Shown: positions 1-11,361 of the stretch, one piece after another
How the letters are laid out: each line of letters opens with the position of its first letter
Numbering within the stretch: position 1 is the stretch's first letter
Source: Eledone cirrhosa
Taxonomy: Eukaryota
DNA: 64,000 bases
Reading direction: 5' to 3'
Assembly (NCBI GenBank): GCA_964016885.1
Contig: OZ024742.1
Span: 93,434,001 to 93,498,000, forward strand
Notes under the pieces: model-generated
What the model saw: only the letters and a program-made list of their open reading frames with translations
Database searches by the model: none
Told to the model about the DNA's origin: nothing
Made by a program: the position numbers and the translations under genes

Positions 1-375
1 ATGACACACGACCGTGACCTCTGGCATCACGCAGTAATACAGAGTACCTGACCTCCCATGGGTACAAGCTGAAGCATATAGACAATATGCCCCCACACCC
101 CCACTGCAAGATGGTCGTGGAGGTGCTACGGCAAAAAAGCACCCAGCCCACACTGTAAAGTGGACGTGTAGGCGCCACGAAAAAGCACCCAGCACTCACT
201 GTAAATGAGGTTGGTGTTAGGAAGGGCATCCAGTTGTAGAAATCAAGCCAAATCAGTTCCTGTAAGTGCAAGGCATGGTCAGCCGACCAGACACTGCCCA
301 TAACAGGACAACCCGTCTAACCCATGCTAGCATAGAAGAACGGACGTAAAACGGCGATGATGATGATGATGATGA

Positions 376-379
<4 letters not shown>
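1..379 (+). mobile_element. 3' end of RTE-clade LINE (family 1): last codons, 3'UTR and (GAT)n tail
   Basis: Near-identical to the reverse complement of ~11360-11735 (MTHDRD.W.HAVIQ end and UTR); ends in (GAT)n at 356-379 next to (TA)n. Confidence 0.9.
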
Positions 380-451
<72 letters not shown>

Positions 452-498
452 GTGGGTGTCTGAAATTGTGATTTATGAAATAAAAAATTCATGCATTC

Positions 499-548
<50 letters not shown>

Positions 549-774
549 CTATCTATCTGAATCTCATTCACCCACTCCTACTCCACCTTATCTTTCTGGC
601 TTTCCCCTCCCTTTTTGTTTTTCTCTCCCTTTGTCAACCTTTTAACCCCATTGAACAAAATTAGCCAGTAGTATTAGCAGTAACAGCAACAATAACACCA
701 ACAACAGTAACAGCATCAGTTCCAATAGCAGCAGTAGTATTTGTAGTCATCTTCCTAATCACAATCGACATCGT

Positions 775-790
775 TGTAGTAGTAGCAAAT

Positions 791-850
<60 letters not shown>

Positions 851-1037
851 ATATTAGTAGTAGTAGTAATAATAATAGTAGTAGTAGTAGAAGCTGTAGT
901 AGTAGTAGCAGTAGTAGTAGTAGTTGTAGTAATGGTAGTAGTAGTAGTAGCAGTAGTAGAAGCTGCAGTAGTAGTATCAGTAGCAGCAGCAGCAGCAGCA
1001 GCAGCAACAGCAACAGCAGCAACAGTAGTAGTAGTAA

Positions 1038-1072
<35 letters not shown>

Positions 1073-1085
1073 ATAGTAGTAGTAT
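775..1085. repeat. (TAG)n/(CAG)n imperfect trinucleotide microsatellite
   Basis: Direct inspection; source of the poly-Leu and poly-Val ORFs. Confidence 0.95.
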
Positions 1086-1362
1086 CCAGGTATCCAAGGT
1101 GTAAATGTTTCTGATATCAAACAGAATCAGTCTTGATCAGATAAAAAAAAAAGACACTGATTCTTGTTTACCTTATTTTATTTTTTATATTACATTATTT
1201 ATTTATTTAGTAGAATTTCAAAGATTTTCTCCATTTTTGCTATGTCTTCTATCAATCATCTTTTTTAACCCTCAATCTCTCCTTTACTTTTCTCATCTTA
1301 TCTCTCCCTATGCCCCTTGTTCTTTTGTTTCTTATTTGTTGTTGTTATTATCATCATCATCA

Positions 1363-3254
1363 TTGCTGGCTTCGGCCCTGCCTTCAGAAGCTGGATCGCT
1401 GCAATGTACAGCGGCACACGATCGGTGGTCAAGGTTAATGGCCACCTCTCGGAACCATTTCGGCTCTCCCGATCGGTCCGTCAAGTGTGCCCTCTCTCTC
1501 TACCCTTCTGTACGTATTGACTCTCGAGCCTTTACTGCGGAAGCTGGAGCTGTTGCAGGGCATCCCGCTTGAACCGGGACGTGGAAGGGCGGTGTCGGCT
1601 TATGCGGACGACATCAACGTGATGGTGTCGAACACCTTAGAAATCGAGGTGGTCGGTACCTTATTGAAGGAATATGAAAGGTTGACAGGAGCCAAACTTA
1701 ACCCGGAAAAGTCGGTGGGCTTGCAGCTCGGAACCTGGAGAGGCAAGCCCATGTCGTCCAACAGCGTCGTGGGGCGCTGGACGGACAGACTGGTAAAGTT
1801 GCTCGGGGTTTGGTTCGGACCAGACCTCCAGGTGGAAACGAATTGGGACAAGGTAACGAGCAGAGTAGCCAGTCTCACCCAAAAATGGGCTGGGAGGAAG
1901 CTATCACTGAAAGGTCGCGCGGAGGTGGCGAATGTGTACATCGCGTCCGTCATCTACTACCGCCTGACCGTCGTGCCTTGCCCCCGTCCGCGCCTCGTCA
2001 AGTTGGAACGGCTCCTCTTCAAATTCTTGTGGAAGGGACAAGTTCCGTTGGTGAGGCGGTCCATCTGCTGCCAGCACCCTCTATGCGGAGGGCTGGGCAT
2101 GCCCTGGCTAATGATGCGCAGACATGCGTTGAGGTTGCGATATCTCCAGATATTCTGCCTCAACGGTGAACAGGTGTGGTCACCGTTTATCAGACGGGCC
2201 TTTCCGCAGCTCATTTCTTTGACTGAGCTGCAGTCCTGGGTCAAGAAGAGACCGAGACTGGGTGACTGGCACCTGGAATGTTGCCAGGCACTCACTGCCC
2301 TCTACCAAGTGGGCAATGCGATCAGTGGAACTTCCACTCTCGAGTTCTATAGAGGATTAGTGGTGGACAAGTGCGATGACGCACTCGGAGAAGCTTTGGG
2401 CCTCGACGAAGTCGAACTGACCAGTCTGTACCGGAGGACTTTTGAGCCGGGGACGATGGACAATTTCCAGAAATCCCTCGCTTGGCAGTGCTACCGGGGG
2501 GCACTGCCGGTTCGGGATAAAATCTACAGGCACGGAAGTGCTGTCAGACGGACCTGCCCAAGATGCGCACAGAACGACGAAACCGTTCTGCACGCACTTG
2601 TCCAATGTCCGTGCATTACTGACTTGTGGAATTATGTCAAACAGCTACTGTCGCGTGTGGAACGAATCCGGCTATCGGTCGAGTCCATAGTGAGGATCGA
2701 TCCACCGCCTTCCTTAGGTCAGGAAGAGCAGGAAATTTTCCTCTATCTGGTGACAGTTGCGAAAGAGCTTATATGGTGGACCAGGTTAAAGGGACTGAAG
2801 ACAGACACTTTTCTCTTCGGCCAATCCCTCATCAACTTCTTCAAGTTTCACCTGGAAAGGAAGGTGAGGGTGGAGAGAGAAGTGCTGCCCCCCAGTACAT
2901 TTGCTAAAAGGTGGGTGAATGTGGCGAGAATGGCTCGTGTGAATGGGCCTACTCTGACCATGCGCCTATAGGCTAGCTAACTTGAGGAGAGGGGTGCTCT
3001 CCCTGGGTGCCCTAGAAGCGCAGGGTGGTTCAGGATTGGTGGAGTACCTGAGTCACCCCTGGGTCGTCCACCCACTATCGGGGTATTTATTTTGTTATAT
3101 TTATGCATAGTTTATTTTATATTTTTATATTTTCATTGTTAAGTTAGTCTTGCCATTGTGCACTTTTACTCGACCTTATTGTAAACCCCAACTGTCCCTG
3201 TCTTTGTAGTGTCCCCTACATGTCGGCCCTTGTGGCTAATAAATGAAATCATTA

Positions 3255-3307
<53 letters not shown>
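1363..3307 (+). mobile_element. 5'-truncated Tx1-clade (L1 group) LINE, copy 1, with 3'UTR and (ATT)n tail
   Basis: RT motifs RQ.CPLS (frameshifted near 1500), AYADD and KLLGV; C-terminal CPRC..ETVLHALVQC zinc finger; near-identical second copy at 62321-63945. Confidence 0.88.
1487..2971 (+). CDS. Tx1-like ORF2 fragment: C-terminal half of RT plus zf-RVT-type zinc finger (494 aa open frame)
   Basis: YADD, LNPEKS, W..RKLSLKGR, GGLG and CCHC motif typical of Tx1/L1 ORF2. Confidence 0.85.
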   Translation: MPSLSTLLYVLTLEPLLRKLELLQGIPLEPGRGRAVSAYADDINVMVSNTLEIEVVGTLLKEYERLTGAKLNPEKSVGLQLGTWRGKPMSSNSVVGRWTDRLVKLLGVWFGPDLQVETNWDKVTSRVASLTQKWAGRKLSLKGRAEVANVYIASVIYYRLTVVPCPRPRLVKLERLLFKFLWKGQVPLVRRSICCQHPLCGGLGMPWLMMRRHALRLRYLQIFCLNGEQVWSPFIRRAFPQLISLTELQSWVKKRPRLGDWHLECCQALTALYQVGNAISGTSTLEFYRGLVVDKCDDALGEALGLDEVELTSLYRRTFEPGTMDNFQKSLAWQCYRGALPVRDKIYRHGSAVRRTCPRCAQNDETVLHALVQCPCITDLWNYVKQLLSRVERIRLSVESIVRIDPPPSLGQEEQEIFLYLVTVAKELIWWTRLKGLKTDTFLFGQSLINFFKFHLERKVRVEREVLPPSTFAKRWVNVARMARVNGPTLTMRL

Positions 3308-3308
<1 letters not shown>

Positions 3309-3520
3309 GGGCGGTGGATTGGCAGTATTGATAGAGGGTCGGACGCCATGCTTTGACGCATAAAGTTACGGCCCTTGCCATTCTGAGTTCAAATCCCGCC
3401 GAGGTTAACTTTGCTTTTCATCCTTACAGGGTCGATAAAATAAAGTACCAGTAATACACTGGGTAATTACTGGGCTTGTGCCTAACGTAGAAACAATTAT
3501 TATTATTATTATTGTTATTG
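3308..3520 (+). mobile_element. tRNA-headed SINE family A with (ATT)n tail
   Basis: B-box GAGTTCAAATCC, core CTTTGC.TTTCATCCTT...GGTCGATAAAATAAAGTACCAG, 3' CTTGTGCC..GTAGAAAC(ATT)n; many other copies in the window. Confidence 0.85.
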
Positions 3521-3524
3521 TTCT

Positions 3525-5035
3525 TTGAGTCTCAGTCATTGATGTTAGTTAACTGGAAAGTTTGTTGAAATGAATATCAAGCCACTACCTGCAGCCTCAG
3601 ATATTCAGGACGTATCGGAGGGTTCTTGCTGTTCCCAGAAAGCATGCCCTTTGAAGCGTTCCAAAAAGCGTGGCGGGGCCAATTTTCTTTAACCATCCCT
3701 GGAAACTTTTTGAGATAGTACCTAGTGCGCCTATGACAATCGGGACCACTTTGACTTCATGGCAGTTCCAAATCCTTTTTACCTCCCACTTTAAGTCCTG
3801 GTATCGGTTAATTTTCTCCCGCTCCTTCTCTTGCACTCTCGTGTCTAATGGGCAGGCCACATCCACAATCAGGCACGATCATTTTTTCTTTGTCCAAAAC
3901 CACCAAGTCAGGTCTATTGTGTTCCAGTTTCTTGTCCGTCTGTATCCTAAAATCCCACAGCACCTTCACCTGATCGTTTTCTATCACCGACTCTGGCTTA
4001 TGCTCATACCACTTCTCAGAATGTGGTAAATTGTTTACTTTGCATAGGTGCCAGTGGATCACCCTGACCATCACATCATGTCTCCAGCCCTTATAGTGAG
4101 TCTGGGCTAGGTGTTTACACTCGGATACAATGTGAGCCACAGTCTCCTCTCTCTCTCCACAGATCCTGCACAGTGGGCTAGCCTCCTCCTTGTAAATATG
4201 GTGTTTCAATCACTTCGTTTTGAGGGCCTGCTCTTGCGCAGCCATTAAGATTCTTTCAGTAGCCTTTTTAAGGTCTCCTCTTTTCAACCAGTTCCATGTC
4301 TGTGGATCTCTGAATTCAGTTTTCTCAAAGAAGGTACTATGAAGGGATTTTTCATGAAGGCTGCTCTTTCTCCTTGTTATTTCTTCCTTGGACATCCCCT
4401 AGTCTATTGTCCTCTCCTTCAGTACCGTTCTGAGCATTGGCTCCTTACTATCAGTCACGTATTTGTGTAGGTTGTTTTTCTCCATCTGAACACAGTCCTC
4501 TATGCTGATAAGACCTCTTCCACCTTCAGATCTCCTTAAGTAGAGTCTATTGACATCACTCCTCTTGTGGAACATGTTGTAGATAGTCAATAGCTTCCTA
4601 GTCTTCCTATCCATTTCTTTTTGCTCAGCAACATTCCATCTCAGAATTCCCGCACTGTACCTAATAATAGACACAGCTCGGGAATTTACTGCACATATGG
4701 CATTTCTGCTGTTCAGATGTGACTTCAATACGCTCCTTACTCTCCGAATGTATTCAGTTCTTAACAATTCCTTCATTTTTTTGTTCTTTATGCCATCAGC
4801 CTCCAGAACGCCCAAATACTTGTATCCTTCCTCAGAGTCAATTTCCTTTATCATCTCACCTGTTGTTATCTGGATTCCGTTACTTCTGCTCAACCTACCC
4901 CTCTTCATCACAATGACTCCACACTTACTAATACCAAATTGCATACATATATCACTGCTGAAAATACGGACAGTGTCAACAAGCACATCCAACTCCTTAT
5001 CACTCTTCCCGAAGAGCTTAAGATCGTCCATGAAG
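3525..5035 (-). mobile_element. 5'-truncated Dong/R4-clade non-LTR retrotransposon, with frameshift and stops
   Basis: FMDDLK, YKYLG, GGRGL, CRIC..EETVAHIVSEC finger, RHD, RPDLVV..DVACP..EK..RY restriction-like endonuclease; ATT/TAA repeats at both ends. Confidence 0.9.
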
Positions 5036-5292
5036 ATTATTATCATAATTACTATTGTTGTTGTTGTTATTTTAATTTTTTTTTTACTTTTCTTTCTGTT
5101 AGAGGAGATAACTGTGCAACACTTCATGACGTGTTTTGGTCGTGCATTTGTTTGTTTGTGTGTGTGTTTGTGGCACTAACGAGATGCTTTTTTTTTAGTG
5201 ACATCTTGCATCTCAGTAGTTTTTGTTCTTTATATCTTTCTACTTGACGATAAACAAGCAAATAAATGAATAAATATATAAATAATAATAAT

Positions 5293-5452
5293 AAAGTAAA
5301 CAATTTACCACATTCTGAGAAGTGGTATGAGCATAAGCCAGAGTCGGTGATAGAAAACGATCAGGTGAAGGTGCTATGGGATTTTAGGATACAGATGGAC
5401 AAGAAATTAGAACACAATAGGCCTGACCTGGTGGTTTTGGACAAAGAAAAAA
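5293..5452 (+). mobile_element. Short Dong/R4 fragment, inverted relative to the neighbouring copy
   Basis: KVNNLPHSEKWYEHKP...[11 protein letters not shown] is near-identical to ~3882-4041 on the minus strand; begins after (AAT)n. Confidence 0.85.
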
Positions 5453-5456
5453 GACG

Positions 5457-5529
<73 letters not shown>

Positions 5530-5719
5530 CGTATATTTGTGTGTGTGTGAGTGTGTGTATGTGTATGGTCTCATAACTCCTGATAAAGTTGTAGGGGTAC
5601 CATATTGACATACAGCATTCCTTGAGCATTTAAAGCCTAGTTGAGCCCATCCCTCTCCAGGCCTGATTACTGCAGATTTCTTACAGATTTCTTCCAGAGA
5701 AAGATAGAAAGTGAGAGAG

Positions 5720-6064
5720 AGGAAATGGGAAAGACATGTAGAGGAAGAATCGACCCTGGTACTAGATTTGTACTTTTTTCATCGACCTCAAAAGGAGGAA
5801 AGGTAAAGTTGACCTTGGCGGGATTTGAACTTTACGTCCGTTCTTCCATGCTAGCATGGGTTAGACGAGTTGTCCTGTTGTGGGAAGTGTCCGGTCGGCT
5901 GACCTTGTCTTGCTCACACGGGAACTGATTCTGGCTTGATTTCTACAGCTGGATGCCCTTCCTAACACCAACCTCATTTACAGTGAGTGCTGGGTGCTTT
6001 TTTCCGGAATGAATACCATAAAGCATTGTACCCGACATTCTAACAACTCTGCGAATTCGATGCC
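5720..6064 (-). mobile_element. Diverged SINE A interrupted by an RTE 3'UTR fragment (~5831-6002)
   Basis: SINE core and B-box (GGGATTTGAACT) left of the insert, SINE head right of it; insert matches the RTE family 1 UTR. Confidence 0.65.
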
Positions 6065-6344
6065 TATATATATAATCAGGCTGTGTGTTATAATGATATC
6101 ATTAAAAAACCCATGGAAGAAATATAGCAAACAGAAAATGCAAAAGAGGAAAGTATATCGACAGTTCCTGCTCATCATAATAGTTTCAGATGCTTTATAA
6201 GAGATCTTTATATAACATCCAAAACTATAACGATCTCCAGAATACATCCAATGAGCAGGATTTTCCATTGCTTGTCTCTTCTAAATTTTCTGTTTTCTAT
6301 ATTTTTCCAATTATACACGCACACACACACATATAATACACTTA

Positions 6345-6472
6345 TGATGAGCTTCCGCACAGTTTCCTTCAACCAAATTTCATTCACAAGGTATTGGTCA
6401 ACCTGTAGCTATTGCCCAAACTGCTTTGTAGTGGATGCCAACTCCTTAATTACACAGCCATGCCTATGCCTA
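6345..6472 (-). mobile_element. Degenerate SINE fragment
   Basis: CAGTTTCC..CAACCAAATTTCATTCACAAGG..TTGGTC...GCCCAA resembles a common cephalopod SINE core (from memory, not searched). Confidence 0.4.
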
Positions 6473-7780
6473 TGATAAAGGGAAATGTTTACAGGTAGGA
6501 ATTGAAACCAGGTCATGGACACTGCTTACTGAAATTTTCTCATCTCTCTCCCTCTCATTGACAACCCCTCCCTCTCCCAATAGCTCTCTCTTTCTCTACA
6601 ATAATTGCCACAATAACATTAAACATATTATTCTAATAATAATTATAATTATAATAAATCATTTTAAAGATCTTTTTTCTCAAACTGTCATAAATCCACA
6701 TTAATTTTCATTTTTTTCTCAATTTTACCCCACCTCCCAGGGGTTTATCAAAGTTTTGTTTTATCTATTTTTATATATTTTTTACTCTTTGCTATTTAAT
6801 TTTCCTTGCTATATTATTAACATTATTAACATTATTATTATGATTTTTTTACTGTTTCAGCTAATCAGGCCATATCTGTCATTTAAAAATAAATAAACAA
6901 ACATCTCAGGCTACTTGAATTTTTAATGTTCAACTAGAAGCCATCAGTACTTCCACTGATTTGTTCAGACATTAACAGTTTCTGGGTATCTCTGATATAA
7001 TTGATTTATGGGATTTAAATGTCATAAACTAGCTGGTTGCTTTTATTTTATGATTGTTTCTTCTTTGTGATTTATTTTTCTTGTGTTTTATAGTTTTTTT
7101 AATTTTTGTTGTTAACCCTTTTGGCTCAGTGTAGTTAATTTGAGTTGTTACTTTTGTTATTGCTGTTATCATTGTTGTTGTTTCTTCACCATGAAATTAG
7201 TTTTAATATTGTCTAATCGACACAATCATATGGTTTCTGCCTTTTTACCTAAACATTGATGGTTCGTATTCTGTCTGTCACTACACAGTGCACATTACTA
7301 ACTCATTTGATACCAAACCATTTGAAACCACCTCTGGTTCTATGGTACCAAACTATTTATTTAAAGTGTTCATATTTATCTAAAAACTTCACATCATAAG
7401 TTTATGTAAAAACCTTAGTCTTTGGTTCTGTTGTACTTCAAACACCAGCATAAATGATAAACTTATACTGTTATATATCTTCATATTCTTGATTATTTTC
7501 AAAATTATTTGAAAATCTTTGACAGTGTTTTATTATATAAATATAATCACAAAATGTAGAGTTGCTTGATCGAATTGGCAGGCAGCTGCTCTTTAATGCA
7601 TTGGTTAATGCACTTCACTGGCATCTGAGAGATGAAGGGGTCGACTCCACACAGCTGCCTCTATTCACTTGTTTCTGTCTCCAAGTGTATTTTACCTGAC
7701 ATGATTTTCTTCACTATTATTTGTTGTGATCAATTATGATTAGAGTGAATTCAGTGGGACATGCACAATTCATTCTATAT

Positions 7781-7960
7781 ACACATTGAGGTCCCAAATA
7801 ATAGGTGGGGAGTAAGCAGTGAGTTGGAATTAGCGGGGTGTGGGATAAGTGGGAGTTGGGGGGATATCGGTAATTTTTCTAGGTTGTCTCTGTTGATAAA
7901 TTTAAAAAAGAGAAGTAGACAGAAGTAGTCGTTTAGTTTATATATTGGGACCTCAGAGAA
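7781..7960. mobile_element. MITE-like element with short terminal inverted repeats
   Basis: TGAGGTCCCAA at 7787 and TTGGGACCTCA ending at 7955, TA-rich flanks. Confidence 0.55.
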
Positions 7961-8313
7961 TATATATATATATATATATATATTAGATATTAATTTAACA
8001 ATGAAAACAATAACAACAAAGTAAAGTTATTTTACCTATTCATATCATTGTTTTACGATCGTTTCAGAAGGTTGATATATATATATATATATGTATAGAT
8101 ACTTAATGTTTGAAGTTGCATGCCAGTAAGGTAAATGATGGAATAAAGATATAGCTGTTTGTTGGTCTTATGCAACTGTAAGCATTTTCTGCTGATATAT
8201 ATAGATATATATGTATATGAACAGGACATGGTCATCTGACCTCAACTTGCCTCAAATAGGATAACTCGTCTAACCCTTGCTAGCGTGGAAAATGGATGTT
8301 AAATGGTCATGAT

Positions 8314-8345
<32 letters not shown>

Positions 8346-8346
<1 letters not shown>

Positions 8347-9564
8347 TAGGTTGTCTCACATGAAATGTCGTATATTTGAAATGGAAAGAATAAAATTGTT
8401 TTTAAGTGTTTAATTTATTCAAAATATGATCCCTGTTTACAGATGACCTTCGCCCAACGTTCCTCTAAGGCATATATTCCAATTTCAAAGAATTTATCAT
8501 CTTTTGCACTGATAAACTGTCCGAATGCTTCAATTACCTCTTCTCTATTTAAGAATGTTTTATTGCGTATAAAAAGTTCAAAATGCTTAAATAAGTGATA
8601 ATCAGTAGGAGAGATATCAGGAGAATAGGGAGGATGTTGCAAAATTTCATAATTCAGACATTGCAACTTGTGGACCGTGCATTATCGTGAAGCAAAATTG
8701 GGCCATCTCTATTCACTAGTCTGGGATGCTTCTTCTTCAATATTTCATGCAGACGATCAATTTCCTGATAATATGATGTTGCTGTTACAGTATTGCCTTG
8801 CAAAAATGAATAATGAATAATCCCCTTTGCAGACCACCATACAGTGACCATCAACTTCTTAGGGTGCAATGGTGGTTTCGGGTAGTGTTTCGGTGACTCT
8901 TCTGCATCTAACCACTGTCCAGTCCTTCTGCTGTTATCGAAGAGTATCCATTTCTCATCACACGTAATGAGTCGATGCAAAAATGGATCTCTTTCGAGTC
9001 GAGAAACCAACATTCAGCACATTGTAAGACGCCTGTTTCTTTGAATTTCATTAAGTTGATGTGGAAAAAATCTGTCCATCTTTTTGACTTTTCCAATTTT
9101 CTTCTGGTGTCGAGAAACAGTTGAGAGAGATGTCTGGAGCTCAGATGAGATTTTTCGAACCGTTGTTCTCGGATTTTGTTTAACCAAAGCATTCAAATCA
9201 TCATGGCGAATTACTGATATGGGTCTCCTTCTTGGTTCATTTTTAAGGCTCTCATTTCCTGAACGAAATCTTTGAAACCATCTCTGGACTGTTCTGGTGT
9301 CAACAGAATCGTTACCAAAAGCTCGCTTAATGTTTCGTAGGGCTTCTGAGGCCGAGTGACCCTGCTTGTATTCGTACAAGAAAACCACTCGGTATTGTTT
9401 AGTTGTCAACATTATCATAGGATTGTGGGTAGCGATTTTGAATGGTAATATTGTTTGGAATAAAAGATAGTTAAGATTAAACACAAGCATACACATAATC
9501 GAGCTTATAAATGGCTGATAAAGAAACTTATTTAAATTACGACATTTCATGTGAGACAACCTAA
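8346..9564 (-). mobile_element. Full-length mariner (Tc1/mariner, DD34D) transposon, 1219 bp, inserted in (TA)n
   Basis: Perfect 27-bp TIRs TTAGGTTGTCTCACATGAAATGTCGTA (8346-8372 and 9538-9564); TA flanks. Confidence 0.95.
8415..9420 (-). pseudogene. Mariner transposase with two frameshifts (Hsmar1/cecropia-like motifs)
   Basis: HTH TVQRWFQRFR, ITCDEKWILFDN, LLHDNAR, HPPYSPDISPTDYHLF spread over three ORFs. Confidence 0.9.
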
Positions 9565-9580
9565 TATATATATATATATA

Positions 9581-10524
<944 letters not shown>

Positions 10525-10530
10525 GGAGAG

Positions 10531-10574
10531 ACCGTCCTGACGAAGGCCAGTTAAGCCTGAAATGCATAGACGGT
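10531..10574 (+). ncRNA. Minimal type I hammerhead ribozyme
   Basis: ACCGTC-CTGACGA-AGGC cagttaa GCCT-GAAA-TGCA-TA-GACGGT: stem I 6 bp, stem II 4 bp, palindromic stem III. Confidence 0.85.
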
Positions 10575-10682
10575 TGTCCCCCTTGCTTCTGCTGGACATC
10601 ACCAGTGTTTGCATAGCTACGGCTTCCTAAAACCGTATTTCTTTGGAGATAAGAAATATTTATACATATATATATATATATA

Positions 10683-10902
10683 TTGTTATACTTGGGGAGG
10701 GTCATATTGTTGTAATAATATTGCCAGAATTAATAACAGAACACACTCACTGTTTGGTTGGTTTTCGCTTCTGTATCTTTTATATCAGTTAATTTATTCG
10801 GTCCTCAATGTTTACCATTGACTGACCAACGGTCAAAAATACAGGTTTAATATAGACACAAACACATATATATAGTCTAACAAAGTTCTTTCGTTGCACA
10901 TC
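10683..10902. mobile_element. 'TGTTATACTT(T/G)GGGAGGGTCAT' repeat family, single-arm copy in (TA)n
   Basis: Homologous to 32518-32780, 39581-39822 and 51391-51547. Confidence 0.75.
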
Positions 10903-10969
10903 ATATATATATACGTGTGTGTGTGTGTGATATATACTATTTATATTTATATGTAGATTTGTGTGTGTA

Positions 10970-11059
<90 letters not shown>

Positions 11060-11329
11060 CAGCGACTCAAAATGTACCTGGTTATTTCAGATTTCACAGT
11101 ATTTCCTAATAGTAATTGCTTGAAACAAATTCTGCCAGAATACATTTTCTGATAATTGTCTAGCATTTTTTTTAAGGATTTCGATTTTCTCATTTCCTAT
11201 TAATGCTACCTTGTGCATACATACATCCAAACATGCACACACAAACACACACACACACATATACGTAATACATATATAAATATACATGCATACATACATA
11301 CACACAAAATCACATGTGGAAATATACAA

Positions 11330-11359
<30 letters not shown>

Positions 11360-11361
<2 letters not shown>

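Noticed and set aside
7586-7660. tRNA-like stretch
   Set aside because: Weak A/B boxes and no cloverleaf; at most a decayed SINE head
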